A stretch of 64,000 nt of DNA from Escherichia coli (lineage in GTDB: Bacteria; Pseudomonadota; Gammaproteobacteria; Enterobacterales; Enterobacteriaceae), in assembly GCF_002854065.1 (NCBI RefSeq), contig NZ_CP024147.1; one strand, 5' to 3'. The position numbers and the translations under genes were made by a program. Every line of letters starts with the position of its first letter. Within the stretch, counting starts at the first letter, position 1. Positions 1-10,229 of this stretch are shown here, one piece after another. The notes beneath the pieces were generated by a model. It saw only the letters and a list, made by a program, of their open reading frames with translations. It did not search any database and was not told where the DNA came from.

Positions 1-1
1 G

Positions 2-352
2 GACCCGGATGCACTCTCTATCAGCGGTTTGCACAACTATGTGAAGTATCTGAAGTCGAGCGGTCAGGATGCCGGACGTTATCAGCTCAACATGTGGAGC
101 AAAATCTTCCAGCCGCTATCCGTGGCGGTGATGATGCTGATGGCGCTGTCGTTCATCTTTGGCCCACTGCGTAGCGTACCGATGGGCGTGCGTGTGGTCA
201 CTGGTATTAGCTTCGGTTTTGTCTTCTACGTACTGGACCAGATCTTCGGCCCGCTGACGTTGGTTTACGGCATCCCGCCGATCATCGGCGCACTTTTGCC
301 AAGTGCCAGCTTCTTCTTAATCAGCCTGTGGCTGTTAATGAGAAAATCGTAA
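2..352 (+). CDS. lptG: LPS export ABC permease LptG, 3' end (gene starts upstream of the window)
   Basis: Open frame from position 2; hydrophobic C-terminus ending LISLWLLMRKS; followed by yjgR and the idn genes as in E. coli. Confidence 0.8.
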   Translation, partial: DPDALSISGLHNYVKYLKSSGQDAGRYQLNMWSKIFQPLSVAVMMLMALSFIFGPLRSVPMGVRVVTGISFGFVFYVLDQIFGPLTLVYGIPPIIGALLPSASFFLISLWLLMRKS

Positions 353-366
353 CCTGATGAACGAAT

Positions 367-394
367 AAAGGGAGCGAAAGCTCCCTTTATTATT
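367..394 (+). terminator. Rho-independent terminator after lptG
   Basis: Inverted repeat aaagggagc/gctcccttt followed by a T-run, 15 bp after the lptG stop. Confidence 0.6.
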
Positions 395-512
395 GTTAGC
401 AAAGTGTGCTTCGTTCATGCCTGAAAAATCATGAAAATTCAATATATTGCAGTGGTGTGGGCATGATAAGGCGCGCCAGCGTCGCATCAGGCAAAGACAA
501 ATCGCACCTGGC

Positions 513-2015
513 TTACCTTCTTCTCCCCCCCAGCAAACTCCCCAACATCCCGCGCACAATCTGATTCGTCACCTGGCGGGCGGCGCTTTTTGCCATTGTC
601 TGCACCACACCATCTTTCTTCCCGCCGCGTGGTCCAGTAGTGCCAAACAAAATATCCTTCAATCCACCGAGAATACCGTCATCCACCGCCACCTCTTTCC
701 CTTTCGCGGGAGGATTATTTTGCTGCTCGGTACTGGCCTGAAAGCCTTTTTGCAACATCTCATAGGCGGATTCACGGTCCACGTCATCCTCGTACTTGCC
801 ATACACCGGGGAGTGATTAATCAAGCCGTTACGCTCATCTTCCGTCACCGGCCCCATTCGCGAACAAGGCGCGATAACCATCGCCCGTTCCACCACTGAA
901 GGACTTCCTTTCGCATCGAGAAACGAGATTAACGCCTCACCGGTCCCCAGTTCCTGGATTGCCTTTTCGGTATCAAACGCCGGATTGGCCCGCATGGTTT
1001 GCGCCGCAGCTTTTACTGCTTTCTGATCTTTGGGCGTAAAAGCCCGCAAAGCGTGTTGAACGCGATTACCTAGCTGCCCGAGCACATTATCCGGAATATC
1101 TGACGGGTTTTGCGAAACGAACCAGACGCCCACGCCTTTTGAGCGAATAAGCCTTATCACCTGCTCAATCTTATCCAGCAGTACCTGTGGCGCATCGTTA
1201 AACAGCAGATGTGCTTCGTCGAAGAAAAACACCAGTTTTGGTTTCTCCAGATCGCCCGCTTCAGGCAATTGTTCATACAACTCTGAAAGCATCCACAGCA
1301 GGCTGGCGGCGTACAGTTTCGGCATCTGATAAAGCTTCTCGGCGCTGAGGATATTGATAACGCCTTTACCGTTGGCATCGGTACGCATCCAGTCTTTGAT
1401 ATCCAGCATCGGCTCACCAAAGAAGTGTGCTGCGCCTTGCTGTTCCAGCGATAACAGCCCGCGCTGGATGGCACCAACCGATGCGCTACTGATATTACCG
1501 TACTGATTCTGGAAGGATTTGGCGTTATCGCCGATGTACTGGGTAATTGCCCGCAGATCTTTAAAGTCGAGCAGTAACAGCCCCTGATCGTCAGCAATGC
1601 GGAAAATGATATTCAGCACGCCAGATTGCACATCGTTGAGATTCAACAGCCGCGCCAGCAACAGCGGCCCCAGATCCGAAACCGTCGCCCGCACCGGATG
1701 GCCCTTCTCGCCAAAGATATCCCACACCACCACCGGATTAGCATGCGGTTGCCAGTCATTTACGCCGATATTTTTAAGCCTTGCGAGCAGTTTTTCCGAC
1801 GCCGTTCCTGCCTGCGCGATGCCGGTCAGATCGCCTTTCACATCGGCCATAAACACCGGAACACCGATTTCCGATAGAGACTCCGCCAGTTTTTGCAGCG
1901 TGACAGTTTTACCCGTCCCCGTTGCGCCAGTAATCAGCCCGTGACGGTTAGCCATTCCCGGCAGTAAAAATAGTTCTGTGTCCGGCGTGCGGGCAATTAA
2001 CAGGGGTTCGCTCAT
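513..2015 (-). CDS. yjgR: YjgR, DUF853-family P-loop NTPase
   Basis: 500 aa ORF; Walker A GATGTGKT near the N-terminus; conserved position between lptG and idnR. Confidence 0.85.
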   Translation of the reverse strand: MSEPLLIARTPDTELFLLPGMANRHGLITGATGTGKTVTLQKLAESLSEIGVPVFMADVKGDLTGIAQAGTASEKLLARLKNIGVNDWQPHANPVVVWDIFGEKGHPVRATVSDLGPLLLARLLNLNDVQSGVLNIIFRIADDQGLLLLDFKDLRAITQYIGDNAKSFQNQYGNISSASVGAIQRGLLSLEQQGAAHFFGEPMLDIKDWMRTDANGKGVINILSAEKLYQMPKLYAASLLWMLSELYEQLPEAGDLEKPKLVFFFDEAHLLFNDAPQVLLDKIEQVIRLIRSKGVGVWFVSQNPSDIPDNVLGQLGNRVQHALRAFTPKDQKAVKAAAQTMRANPAFDTEKAIQELGTGEALISFLDAKGSPSVVERAMVIAPCSRMGPVTEDERNGLINHSPVYGKYEDDVDRESAYEMLQKGFQASTEQQNNPPAKGKEVAVDDGILGGLKDILFGTTGPRGGKKDGVVQTMAKSAARQVTNQIVRGMLGSLLGGRRR

Positions 2016-2092
2016 GAGATATCCTCCAGTTTCCTGCCTGGAGTATAGGCAACGTCCGGCAAAGAGAATACGTGTAATGAAGAGAAAATAAC

Positions 2093-3091
2093 CTAAAGCG
2101 TGTTGCCGTGATAAATCTGATACCCGAGGTCAACAGTGTTGTGGTTGTGATCGTTATTTTTAATTTTGCTCAGCAACATTTGGGCGGCCATCCGACCAAT
2201 ATCAAAACGGGGAGTAATTACGCTGGCGAGGCTTGGGATCATTTGCCTGCCAATCTCCAGCCCATGAAAACCCGCAATGGAAATTTGTTCTGGCACGGCG
2301 AGGTTTCGCTCGCGGCACAGCAGAAGCGCACCCATCGCAATATCGTCATTGGTGCAAAATACACCGTCTAAATCCGGGTTTGCGCTAAGGGCATCACGCA
2401 TTAACTGCATTCCTAAATGAATGGATGAGATGGCGCGTGGATTCATGCGTAATGGGGAAAGATTATGCAGCATCATCGCATCGCAATACCCCTGATAACG
2501 CTGTTCATCGCGGGTGTCATCTTTGGAACCGAGATACAGAATTTTGTGCCTGACTCGCTTCTCCAGCATGGTACACACCATGTCAAAAGCGGCCTGCCGA
2601 TTATCAAAACCGACCTCCATATCCAGCCGTTCTCCCTGTACATCCATCAATTCCACGACCGGAATGGTGGCTGAACGCAGAAATTTCACCGTCCTGATGG
2701 TGTGATATTTTTCCGAAAGTATAATCCCGTCAATGTTATAAGAGAGCAGGTTAATCACCGACTCTTCTTCGGAATCGCGATCGTAATTGTAATTAGCAAT
2801 AAGGGTCTGATAATTATGCTCAGAGGTGACGGATTCTATTCCCGCGAGAATGTCAGCGAAGAGTTGATTTTGAAATGACGGAATCAAGATACCGAGGGTA
2901 TAACTTTGTGCATTCAACAACATGCCGGGAGCGCGATTAGGGATATAATTGATCTCTTCCATAATTTTGGCGATGCGCTCGCCTGTTTCCTTTGCCACCT
3001 TTTTCGGCGAGCGGATATAACGACTCACGGTCATTTTTGTTACGCCAGCCAGCGTAGCGATATCCTGTAAAGAAATTCTGTGATTGCGCAT
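2093..3091 (-). CDS. idnR: LacI-family transcriptional regulator of the idonate operon
   Basis: N-terminal HTH ([21 protein letters not shown]) and periplasmic-binding-like fold; internal Met gives the 332 aa product. Confidence 0.85.
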   Translation of the reverse strand: MRNHRISLQDIATLAGVTKMTVSRYIRSPKKVAKETGERIAKIMEEINYIPNRAPGMLLNAQSYTLGILIPSFQNQLFADILAGIESVTSEHNYQTLIANYNYDRDSEEESVINLLSYNIDGIILSEKYHTIRTVKFLRSATIPVVELMDVQGERLDMEVGFDNRQAAFDMVCTMLEKRVRHKILYLGSKDDTRDEQRYQGYCDAMMLHNLSPLRMNPRAISSIHLGMQLMRDALSANPDLDGVFCTNDDIAMGALLLCRERNLAVPEQISIAGFHGLEIGRQMIPSLASVITPRFDIGRMAAQMLLSKIKNNDHNHNTVDLGYQIYHGNTL

Positions 3092-3157
3092 AACTTCTCC
3101 CAACGTCGGGGGAATCTTCAATCTTCCCCCGAAACTACATCACAATATTTTATTCTT

Positions 3158-4477
3158 TCAGTGCAATACGGCGTTAATGGCTAACACGCCCAGCAAACCC
3201 ATAATAGAAATAAGGGTTTCCATCACCGTCCAGGTACGCAACGTTTCACCAACCGTCAGATTAAAATACCCTTTAAATAGCCAGAAGCCAGGGTCGTTTA
3301 CGTGTGACGCGATCACGCTGCCCGCACCGGTTGCCAGTACCATTAAAGCGGGATCGGCATGGGTAACGTTGATAATCGGCAACACCACACCCGCGGTGGT
3401 AATGGCCGCGACGGTGGCAGAGCCCAGAGCGATACGCAACAGCGCCGCAACAGTCCAGCACATCAATAACGGCGAAAGCGTAGTTCCGGTCATTAAGTGT
3501 GAAATATAGTGCCCGACACCGCTATCTACTAATACCTGCTTAAACGCGCCGCCGCCAGCGATAATAAACACAATCATCGCGATAGCGCCTATAGAATCCC
3601 CAATGATATCCATGATTTGCTCGATGGTGCGTCCATTACGTCGGCCCAGTGTGAAAATCGCAATAACAATGGCAATAAACAGCGCAACGGCAGGGTTACC
3701 GACAAATTCAAAGAAGAGGCGCACGGTGTTAGTTTTCGGTAACGTAATTTCACAAACGGCGGCGATAGCCATCAGGATGACCGGGATCACGGCAGCGAAA
3801 ATACTGTTCCAGAAGGAGGGCATCTCCTCTTCGCTAAACAGATGAGGATTAAATAAGCCTTCCGGTGGTGCTTTCTCAAAGCGAGTTAGCAGTTTAGAAA
3901 ACAGCGGTCCTGCGACAATAACTGTCGGAATGGTAATGATAAATCCATACAGTAAAGTCGTTCCGAGATTAGCCTCAAAGATAGTCGCGATGGCAGTAGG
4001 CCCTGGATGTGGCGGCAGAAAACAGTGGGTTACAGAGAGCGCTGCTACCATTGGTACGCCAACATACAACAGGGGTAATCCTGATGATGCTACGATGGTA
4101 AATACCAACGGCAACAGCAGGACAAAACCCACTTCAAAAAACATGGCGAGGCCCACAACCAGACCAGTGATCACTAGCGCCCATTGCACGCGTTTTTTAC
4201 CAAAAGTAGCAATCAGCGTAGTGGCGATACGTTGTGCCGCACCCGTATCAGAAATCAGCTTGCCTAACATGGCCCCGAAACCGAGGATCATTGCCAGCCC
4301 ACCGAGCGTGCTGCCGATACCATTTTGTATAGAGTGCAGGACGGCCTGTGCATCCATCCCTTCGGCAAATCCGACGACGGCAGCTACCAGAACGAGGGCA
4401 ATAAAGCCGTTAACTTTAAAGCCGATCATCAGGATAAGAAGCAGCGCGACGCCTGCCGCAATAATGATTAATGGCAT
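3158..4477 (-). CDS. idnT: GntP-family L-idonate/5-ketogluconate/gluconate transporter
   Basis: 439 aa polytopic membrane protein; C-terminal motif [16 protein letters not shown] typical of the GntP family. Confidence 0.85.
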   Translation of the reverse strand: MPLIIIAAGVALLLILMIGFKVNGFIALVLVAAVVGFAEGMDAQAVLHSIQNGIGSTLGGLAMILGFGAMLGKLISDTGAAQRIATTLIATFGKKRVQWALVITGLVVGLAMFFEVGFVLLLPLVFTIVASSGLPLLYVGVPMVAALSVTHCFLPPHPGPTAIATIFEANLGTTLLYGFIITIPTVIVAGPLFSKLLTRFEKAPPEGLFNPHLFSEEEMPSFWNSIFAAVIPVILMAIAAVCEITLPKTNTVRLFFEFVGNPAVALFIAIVIAIFTLGRRNGRTIEQIMDIIGDSIGAIAMIVFIIAGGGAFKQVLVDSGVGHYISHLMTGTTLSPLLMCWTVAALLRIALGSATVAAITTAGVVLPIINVTHADPALMVLATGAGSVIASHVNDPGFWLFKGYFNLTVGETLRTWTVMETLISIMGLLGVLAINAVLH

Positions 4478-4541
4478 AGTCTTTATCTCTTATTAGTGCC
4501 AGAAAAGCAGCGCTTTCGCGCTGCACGTAGGGTAGTAGGTG

Positions 4542-5306
4542 TTAAACAGCCACTAACATGCCGCCATCAACAAACAACAGGTGGCCGTTTACGAAATCAG
4601 AGGCTTTTGAAGAAAGGAACACCGCAGCACCAATCAGTTCCTGCGGATCTCCCCAGCGTGCGGCGGGGGTCCGTTTGCACAACCAGGCGGTGAAGGCTTC
4701 GTCCTCAACCAGTGCTTTAGTCATTTCTGTTTTGAAATAGCCCGGCGCAATACCGTTGACCTGAATATTGTGGCGCGCCAGCTCGACGCACATGCCGCGG
4801 GTGAGCATTTTTACCGCCCCTTTCGATGCGGCATAAGGGGTGATGGTGTCACGTCCCAGTTCGCTTTGCATCGAGCAAATATTAATAACTTTACCTGCCT
4901 TGCGTTCAACCATGTGACGAGTTACTGCTTGCGATACCAGGAACACGGCGGTCTGGTTTACTGCGATCACATCATTCCACTCTTGTTCAGGGAACTCAGT
5001 AAAAGGATGACGGCGCTGGATACCGGCGTTATTCACCAGCACATCAATGGGGCCGATGTCCTTTTCGATATGTTCAACGGCGGCATCAATTTCATGTTTA
5101 TGAGTAACATTAAAAGGTGCGGCAACGGCCTGAATACCCTCCTGGTGGAGTTTTTCTACAGCAAGTTCTGCGCGTTCGGCAGTAATATCATTAATAATTA
5201 TTTGTGCGCCATATTTACCCAGGCCGGTTGCCAGTAAAAAGCCAATGCCCTGTGCTGAACCGGTAATCAAGATATTTTTTCCTGCCAGTGAAAATAGATC
5301 GTTCAT
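4542..5306 (-). CDS. idnO: 5-keto-D-gluconate 5-reductase (SDR family)
   Basis: 254 aa; SDR glycine-rich motif ITGSAQGIG; operon position. Confidence 0.85.
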   Translation of the reverse strand: MNDLFSLAGKNILITGSAQGIGFLLATGLGKYGAQIIINDITAERAELAVEKLHQEGIQAVAAPFNVTHKHEIDAAVEHIEKDIGPIDVLVNNAGIQRRHPFTEFPEQEWNDVIAVNQTAVFLVSQAVTRHMVERKAGKVINICSMQSELGRDTITPYAASKGAVKMLTRGMCVELARHNIQVNGIAPGYFKTEMTKALVEDEAFTAWLCKRTPAARWGDPQELIGAAVFLSSKASDFVNGHLLFVDGGMLVAV

Positions 5307-5329
5307 TGTATTATTCCTTTATTTATCTC

Positions 5330-6361
5330 TTAGAAAACAAGCTGGACTTTTGCTGCCTGGGTTTTATCACCGGCGAAACGTAGCGCCTCTTCCAGGTCAG
5401 TGAAGGGATATTCAGCACTCAGTAAAGGCAGTGGATTGATAACGCCATTCGCCAGCCATGACACTGCGGTATTAAATTCGCTGGTAAAACGGAAAGAGCC
5501 TTTGAGTGAAATCTCCTTACCAATCAATGTCATCATTGGGAATTCTGCCATCGCGCCTCCCATACCTACCTGCACCATTACGCCGCGTGCACGAGTGACC
5601 TCCAGACAGGTATTCACTGATGAAGGATGACCGGACACTTCAAAGCTGACATCGAAATAGCCTTTTTCCGCTTTCCAGTGATCCATGTCGTCGTTTTGTG
5701 GGTTTACGAGCACATCCGCCCCCATCTCTTTACCCAGCGAAAGGGAACGGGGACTCACATCGGCACAGACAATTTCCGCGGCCCCCAGTGTTTTCACAGC
5801 ACTGACAATCAGGCAGCCAATGGGCCCAACACCAGAAATAAATACTCGCTTGCCCTGTAACTCGCCGGCCTGATGTGCGGCATGAATCGCGACGGCTAAA
5901 GGTTCGGCAAAAGCCATAACCTTTTCGTCAGCTTTGGCCGGATAAGGGACACATTGCGACGTTTCGACCATTTTATAACGGGTAAAACCACCATCAACAT
6001 GAGGGAAATACATGGCACTGCCAAAAAAACGCATATCTGTACACTGATTCTCGTTATGTTCAATGCAGTATTTGCAGTGACCGCACGGTTTAGACGGATT
6101 AATGGCTACCGTTTGCCCTTCATGTAATTCTGATGAGTCGCTATGAATAACTTTACCGATAACTTCATGACCTAACACCATCGGTGCCTTTATCATGAAA
6201 TTACCTACTTTTCCTTCCTGATAATAATGTAAATCGGAACCGCAAATTCCACCTCGGGTTATTTGTACTAATGTTCCATTATTATTCCAATCTATCGTCT
6301 GCTCGGTAACGGCAACAGTTTTCTTGCCCGCAACAACGCAGGACTGTGTTTTCACTTGCAT
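5330..6361 (-). CDS. idnD: L-idonate 5-dehydrogenase (zinc-dependent ADH family)
   Basis: 343 aa; GHE...CGxC zinc-ADH motifs (GHEVIGKV, CGHCKYC). Confidence 0.85.
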   Translation of the reverse strand: MQVKTQSCVVAGKKTVAVTEQTIDWNNNGTLVQITRGGICGSDLHYYQEGKVGNFMIKAPMVLGHEVIGKVIHSDSSELHEGQTVAINPSKPCGHCKYCIEHNENQCTDMRFFGSAMYFPHVDGGFTRYKMVETSQCVPYPAKADEKVMAFAEPLAVAIHAAHQAGELQGKRVFISGVGPIGCLIVSAVKTLGAAEIVCADVSPRSLSLGKEMGADVLVNPQNDDMDHWKAEKGYFDVSFEVSGHPSSVNTCLEVTRARGVMVQVGMGGAMAEFPMMTLIGKEISLKGSFRFTSEFNTAVSWLANGVINPLPLLSAEYPFTDLEEALRFAGDKTQAAKVQLVF

Positions 6362-6577
6362 AAATTCCTCACTGGTCAGGTAGACACCTCGGAAGCATTT
6401 AAGCGGTTTTAATTGTTATTATTTGTGATGAAGATCACGTCAGAAAATTGTTACATTACTATGTTACGCATAACGTGATGTGCCTTGTAATTCTTATCAG
6501 CAGAAATAAAAAAACGTGAAATTATTATGCCACCAGGCGTAGTATCGCAGCAGGTAAGATGATTCAGGAGATTTTAA

Positions 6578-7141
6578 ATGGCGGGTGAAAGCTTTATTTT
6601 GATGGGCGTTTCAGGGAGTGGTAAAACATTAATTGGTAGCAAGGTTGCCGCGTTATTATCTGCTAAATTTATTGATGGTGACGATCTTCATCCAGCCAAA
6701 AATATAGATAAAATGTCGCAGGGTATTCCATTATCTGATGAAGATCGACTTCCCTGGCTGGAACGCTTAAATGATGCTTCATACAGTCTTTATAAAAAGA
6801 ATGAAACAGGATTTATTGTCTGTTCATCATTAAAAAAACAGTATCGTGATATTTTACGCAAGGGTAGCCCCCATGTTCATTTCCTCTGGTTAGATGGCGA
6901 CTATGAAACTATTCTCGCGCGAATGCAGCGTCGGGCTGGGCATTTTATGCCGGTAGCGTTACTAAAAAGTCAGTTTGAGGCACTGGAGCGTCCACAAGAA
7001 GATGAACAGGATATTGTGCGCATTGATATCAACCATGATATTGCCAATGTCACTGAACAATGTCGGCAGGCTGTGCTGGCGATACGACAAAACAGAATAT
7101 GTGCGAAAGAGGGCAGCGCCTCAGATCAGCGCTGCGAATGA
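6578..7141 (+). CDS. idnK: Gluconokinase (thermosensitive, GntV)
   Basis: 187 aa; P-loop GVSGSGKT; divergent from idnD across a 216 bp promoter region. Confidence 0.85.
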   Translation: MAGESFILMGVSGSGKTLIGSKVAALLSAKFIDGDDLHPAKNIDKMSQGIPLSDEDRLPWLERLNDASYSLYKKNETGFIVCSSLKKQYRDILRKGSPHVHFLWLDGDYETILARMQRRAGHFMPVALLKSQFEALERPQEDEQDIVRIDINHDIANVTEQCRQAVLAIRQNRICAKEGSASDQRCE

Positions 7142-7144
7142 TTT

Positions 7145-8164
7145 TCAAAAATCGGCTTTCAACACCACGCGGTAACGCGCCTTACCGTCGCGCACATGCT
7201 GGATGGCGTCGTTAATTTTCGACATCGGGAACAATTCGGTAGTCGGCGCAACCTTGCTGCGGGCGGCAAAACGCATCAGCTTACGCAACTCATAAGGCGT
7301 GCCAGTAGCAGAGCCAGAGACACTGCGATCGCCCGCAATTAACGTAAAGGCCGGAACAGACAGCGGCGTGAGAACCGCACCGACCGTATGGAAATTACCG
7401 CCATACGTCAGCGCCTCAAAATAAGGCTGCCAGTCGAGGCTGACGTTCACAGTATTGATAATGAGATCAAACTGCCCCGCCAGAGTTTTCAGTGCCTGCG
7501 GATCGCGGCTATTCACCACTTTATCGGCACCCATCGCCAGTACTTCCTGCTCTTTCGCCGGATTTGAACTAAAGGCTGTCACCTCGCATCCCATTGCGTG
7601 CAGAAGTTTTATAGCGATATGCCCCAGCCCGCCAATACCAATTACCCCAACGCGGCTGGTAGCAGTGATATGGTGCATCAATAGTGGTTTAAAGACCGTG
7701 ATACCGCCGCACAACAGCGGCCCGGCGGACTCGATATCAATATTTTCTGGCAGTGGAATCACCCATTGCCAGTCCGCACGCAACTTCTCGGCAAAGCCAC
7801 CGCGATTCATAATCGTCGGCACCGCACCTTGCTCGCAGTTGATCTGATTACCGCTAATACAGGCGTCGCAGTGACCACAGCTACGCGCCGTCCAGCCAAT
7901 CCCGACACGCTGACCGACCTGCAAACCTTTATCCTGCGCGGCGCTCCCGAGTGCCACCACGCGCCCAATCACCTCATGCCCGGCAACCAGCGGATACTGT
8001 GAAAATCCCCATTCGTTATCGATCATCGACAGATCGGAATGGCAGATCCCGCAGTAATCCACCTGCACTTCAATATCTTGTGGCTTCAGCTCACCGGGAT
8101 CGTACTCATAAACTTCCAGTTCGCCGCCCGCTTCTTTTGCGGCATAGCTTTTTATCATCGACAT
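7145..8164 (-). CDS. ahr: NADPH-dependent aldehyde reductase Ahr (YjgB), zinc-ADH family
   Basis: Zinc-ADH motifs ([15 protein letters not shown]); start placed at the internal Met (MSMIKSYAA) giving 339 aa. Confidence 0.8.
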   Translation of the reverse strand: MSMIKSYAAKEAGGELEVYEYDPGELKPQDIEVQVDYCGICHSDLSMIDNEWGFSQYPLVAGHEVIGRVVALGSAAQDKGLQVGQRVGIGWTARSCGHCDACISGNQINCEQGAVPTIMNRGGFAEKLRADWQWVIPLPENIDIESAGPLLCGGITVFKPLLMHHITATSRVGVIGIGGLGHIAIKLLHAMGCEVTAFSSNPAKEQEVLAMGADKVVNSRDPQALKTLAGQFDLIINTVNVSLDWQPYFEALTYGGNFHTVGAVLTPLSVPAFTLIAGDRSVSGSATGTPYELRKLMRFAARSKVAPTTELFPMSKINDAIQHVRDGKARYRVVLKADF

Positions 8165-8359
8165 TTTTTGGTCCTTCTCTGGTGTTGTCTGGGAAGTGTA
8201 GAGCATGGCAGGGCGGGGTGCCTGGAGTGTGACAAAGGTTACACATCGCGGTATGCAATGCTGAAAATTTCAGCACTTAGCGAGGTGCGAGCAAGCTGGC
8301 GCTTGCATGGTGGTGCGTGACAGGTATAATTCACAACGTTTTCCGCATACCTCTTCAGT

Positions 8360-8444
8360 GCCGAAGTGGCGAAATCGGTAGACGCAGTTGATTCAAAATC
8401 AACCGTAGAAATACGTGCCGGTTCGAGTCCGGCCTTCGGCACCA
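8360..8444 (+). tRNA. leuX: tRNA-Leu (anticodon CAA)
   Basis: Sequence GCCGAAGTGGCGAAATCGGTAGACGCAGTTGATTCAAAATCAACCGTAGAAATACGTGCCGGTTCGAGTCCGGCCTTCGGCACCA read directly; anticodon loop TTCAAAA; long variable arm. Confidence 0.9.
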
Positions 8445-8458
8445 TCGGAACATTAATA

Positions 8459-8481
8459 GACGTCAACGGACGTCTTTTTTT
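8459..8481 (+). terminator. Rho-independent terminator of leuX
   Basis: Hairpin gacgtc-aacg-gacgtc followed by a run of seven T. Confidence 0.6.
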
Positions 8482-8642
8482 GTGCCTGAAATCCAGTATC
8501 CGCAAGGCTTTCCTCGCTTTTTCACTCAACCTAAGTCAACCTGATTCAATTTACATCAACTTACTGATGCGGGTACAACTGCGGGTATATCGCGGTTCGA
8601 TAATGTTTGTACCCACACAGAACCCTTGAAAGGATACTCATC

Positions 8643-9899
8643 ATGGCTCTGAGTGATGTGAAGGTTCGTTCGGCTAAGCCTGAAGCAAAAGCCTATAAAC
8701 TTACTGATGGTGACGGTTTGGTTTTGCTGGTTCACCCGAATGGCTCAAAATACTGGCGGCTGCGTTATCGTTTTGGCGGTAAGGAGAAGATGCTGGCGCT
8801 TGGGAAATACCCTGAAGTGTCGCTGGCGGATGCCCGGGCACGCCGGGATGAAGCTCGTAAGCTGTTAGCTAATGGCGTCGATCCCAGTGAGAACAAGAAA
8901 GCCGTTAAGGTAGAGCAGGAGCAAGAGGCGATAACGTTTGAATTGGTTGCCAGAGACTGGCACGCCAGCAATCAGAAGTGGTCTGCATCGCATAGAGCTC
9001 GAGTATTGAAAAGCCTCGAAGATAATCTCTTTGCTGCTATCGGTAAGCGGAACATTGCAGAACTGAAAACGCGAGACCTACTTGTACCCATCAAAGCGGT
9101 GGAATCATCCGGGCGACTCGAAGTCGCCGCCCGTTTACAGCAGCGAACTACTGCGATTATGCGCTTTGCCGTTCAGAGCGGCTTAATCGACTATAACCCC
9201 GCACAAGAGATTGCCGGTGCGGTAGCTACGGCGAAAAGACAACATCGTGCTGCTCTGGAACTTAATCGCATTCCTGAATTACTTCACCGCATTGATCACT
9301 ATTCTGGCAGGCCGTTAACTCGACTGGCGGTTGAACTCACTTTGTTGGTTTTCATCCGTTCAAGCGAGCTGCGTTTTGCTCGCTGGTCAGAAGTGGATTT
9401 TGATACTGCCATGTGGACGATTCCAGGGGAGCGTGAACCGCTGGAAGGCGTTAAACATTCTCAGCGTGGTTCAAAGATGCGGACTCCCCATCTTGTTCCT
9501 TTGTCGCGGCAGGCTCTGGCTATTTTGGAAAAGATCAAAAGCATGAATGGGAGCCGTGACCTGATCTTCGTAGGAGATCACGATCCGCGTAAGCCAATGA
9601 GTGAGAATACGCTTAATAAGGCCTTGCGAGTAATGGGCTATGACACGAAAACGGAAGTGTGTGGGCATGGTTTCAGGACGATGGCGTGTAGCTCATTGAT
9701 TGAATCGGGTTTGTGGTCGAGAGATGCGGTGGAAAGGCAGATGAGCCATCAAGAGCGTAGCTCTGTGCGTGCGGCGTATATTCATAAGGCGGAACATTTG
9801 GGAGAACGCAGGTTGATGCTGCAGTGGTGGGCTGATTTTCTTGATGCAAATCGTGAGAAGGCGATGAGTCCATTTGATTTTGCCAAACTTAGGCGGTGA
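8643..9899 (+). CDS. P4-like tyrosine integrase (site-specific recombinase) of the leuX island
   Basis: Lies immediately 3' of the tRNA; N-terminal SAKPEAKAYKLTDGDGL...WRLRYRFGGK motif typical of P4-family integrases; C-terminal HxxR and catalytic Tyr region (HGFRTMA...AAYIH). Confidence 0.85.
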   Translation: MALSDVKVRSAKPEAKAYKLTDGDGLVLLVHPNGSKYWRLRYRFGGKEKMLALGKYPEVSLADARARRDEARKLLANGVDPSENKKAVKVEQEQEAITFELVARDWHASNQKWSASHRARVLKSLEDNLFAAIGKRNIAELKTRDLLVPIKAVESSGRLEVAARLQQRTTAIMRFAVQSGLIDYNPAQEIAGAVATAKRQHRAALELNRIPELLHRIDHYSGRPLTRLAVELTLLVFIRSSELRFARWSEVDFDTAMWTIPGEREPLEGVKHSQRGSKMRTPHLVPLSRQALAILEKIKSMNGSRDLIFVGDHDPRKPMSENTLNKALRVMGYDTKTEVCGHGFRTMACSSLIESGLWSRDAVERQMSHQERSSVRAAYIHKAEHLGERRLMLQWWADFLDANREKAMSPFDFAKLRR

Positions 9900-10229
9900 T
9901 TAATTGCGGTTTCTCCCACATTATGCGGAGGGGGACGATGTATTGGTTAAAGCGGTCCATCCGAAGGAGACCAGTAGTGCCAGCAGTAATGCTGTTACTG
10001 CTGGTTAATGACATGCTTTTTTTTGTCTATTTTTCAATCTGCGTTATGTCTCTCGGAGGTAACTCTGTGTTAAATATTGATAGGGCTAGTTTGCACAATG
10101 AAGAACCGAACAAAGTATTGATTTAACATTAGTATTTACTTAGCTGTTCTGACCGGTTTCTGCGATACAATGCTACCAAGTATGTAACTAATTCTAAGCA
10201 AAGGTGCTTTATAATCGAGAGGCGATTGA

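Noticed and set aside
1157-1944. Overlapping ORFs of 83-146 aa inside and antisense to yjgR
   Set aside because: Shadow ORFs within a well-supported conserved gene; no independent signal.
8239-8529. 96 aa minus-strand ORF spanning the tRNA-Leu gene
   Set aside because: Overlaps leuX and its terminator; an artefact of the tRNA region.
9896-10126. 76 aa ORF between the integrase and hsdR
   Set aside because: Hydrophobic low-complexity product in the AT-rich hsdR upstream region; more likely promoter DNA.
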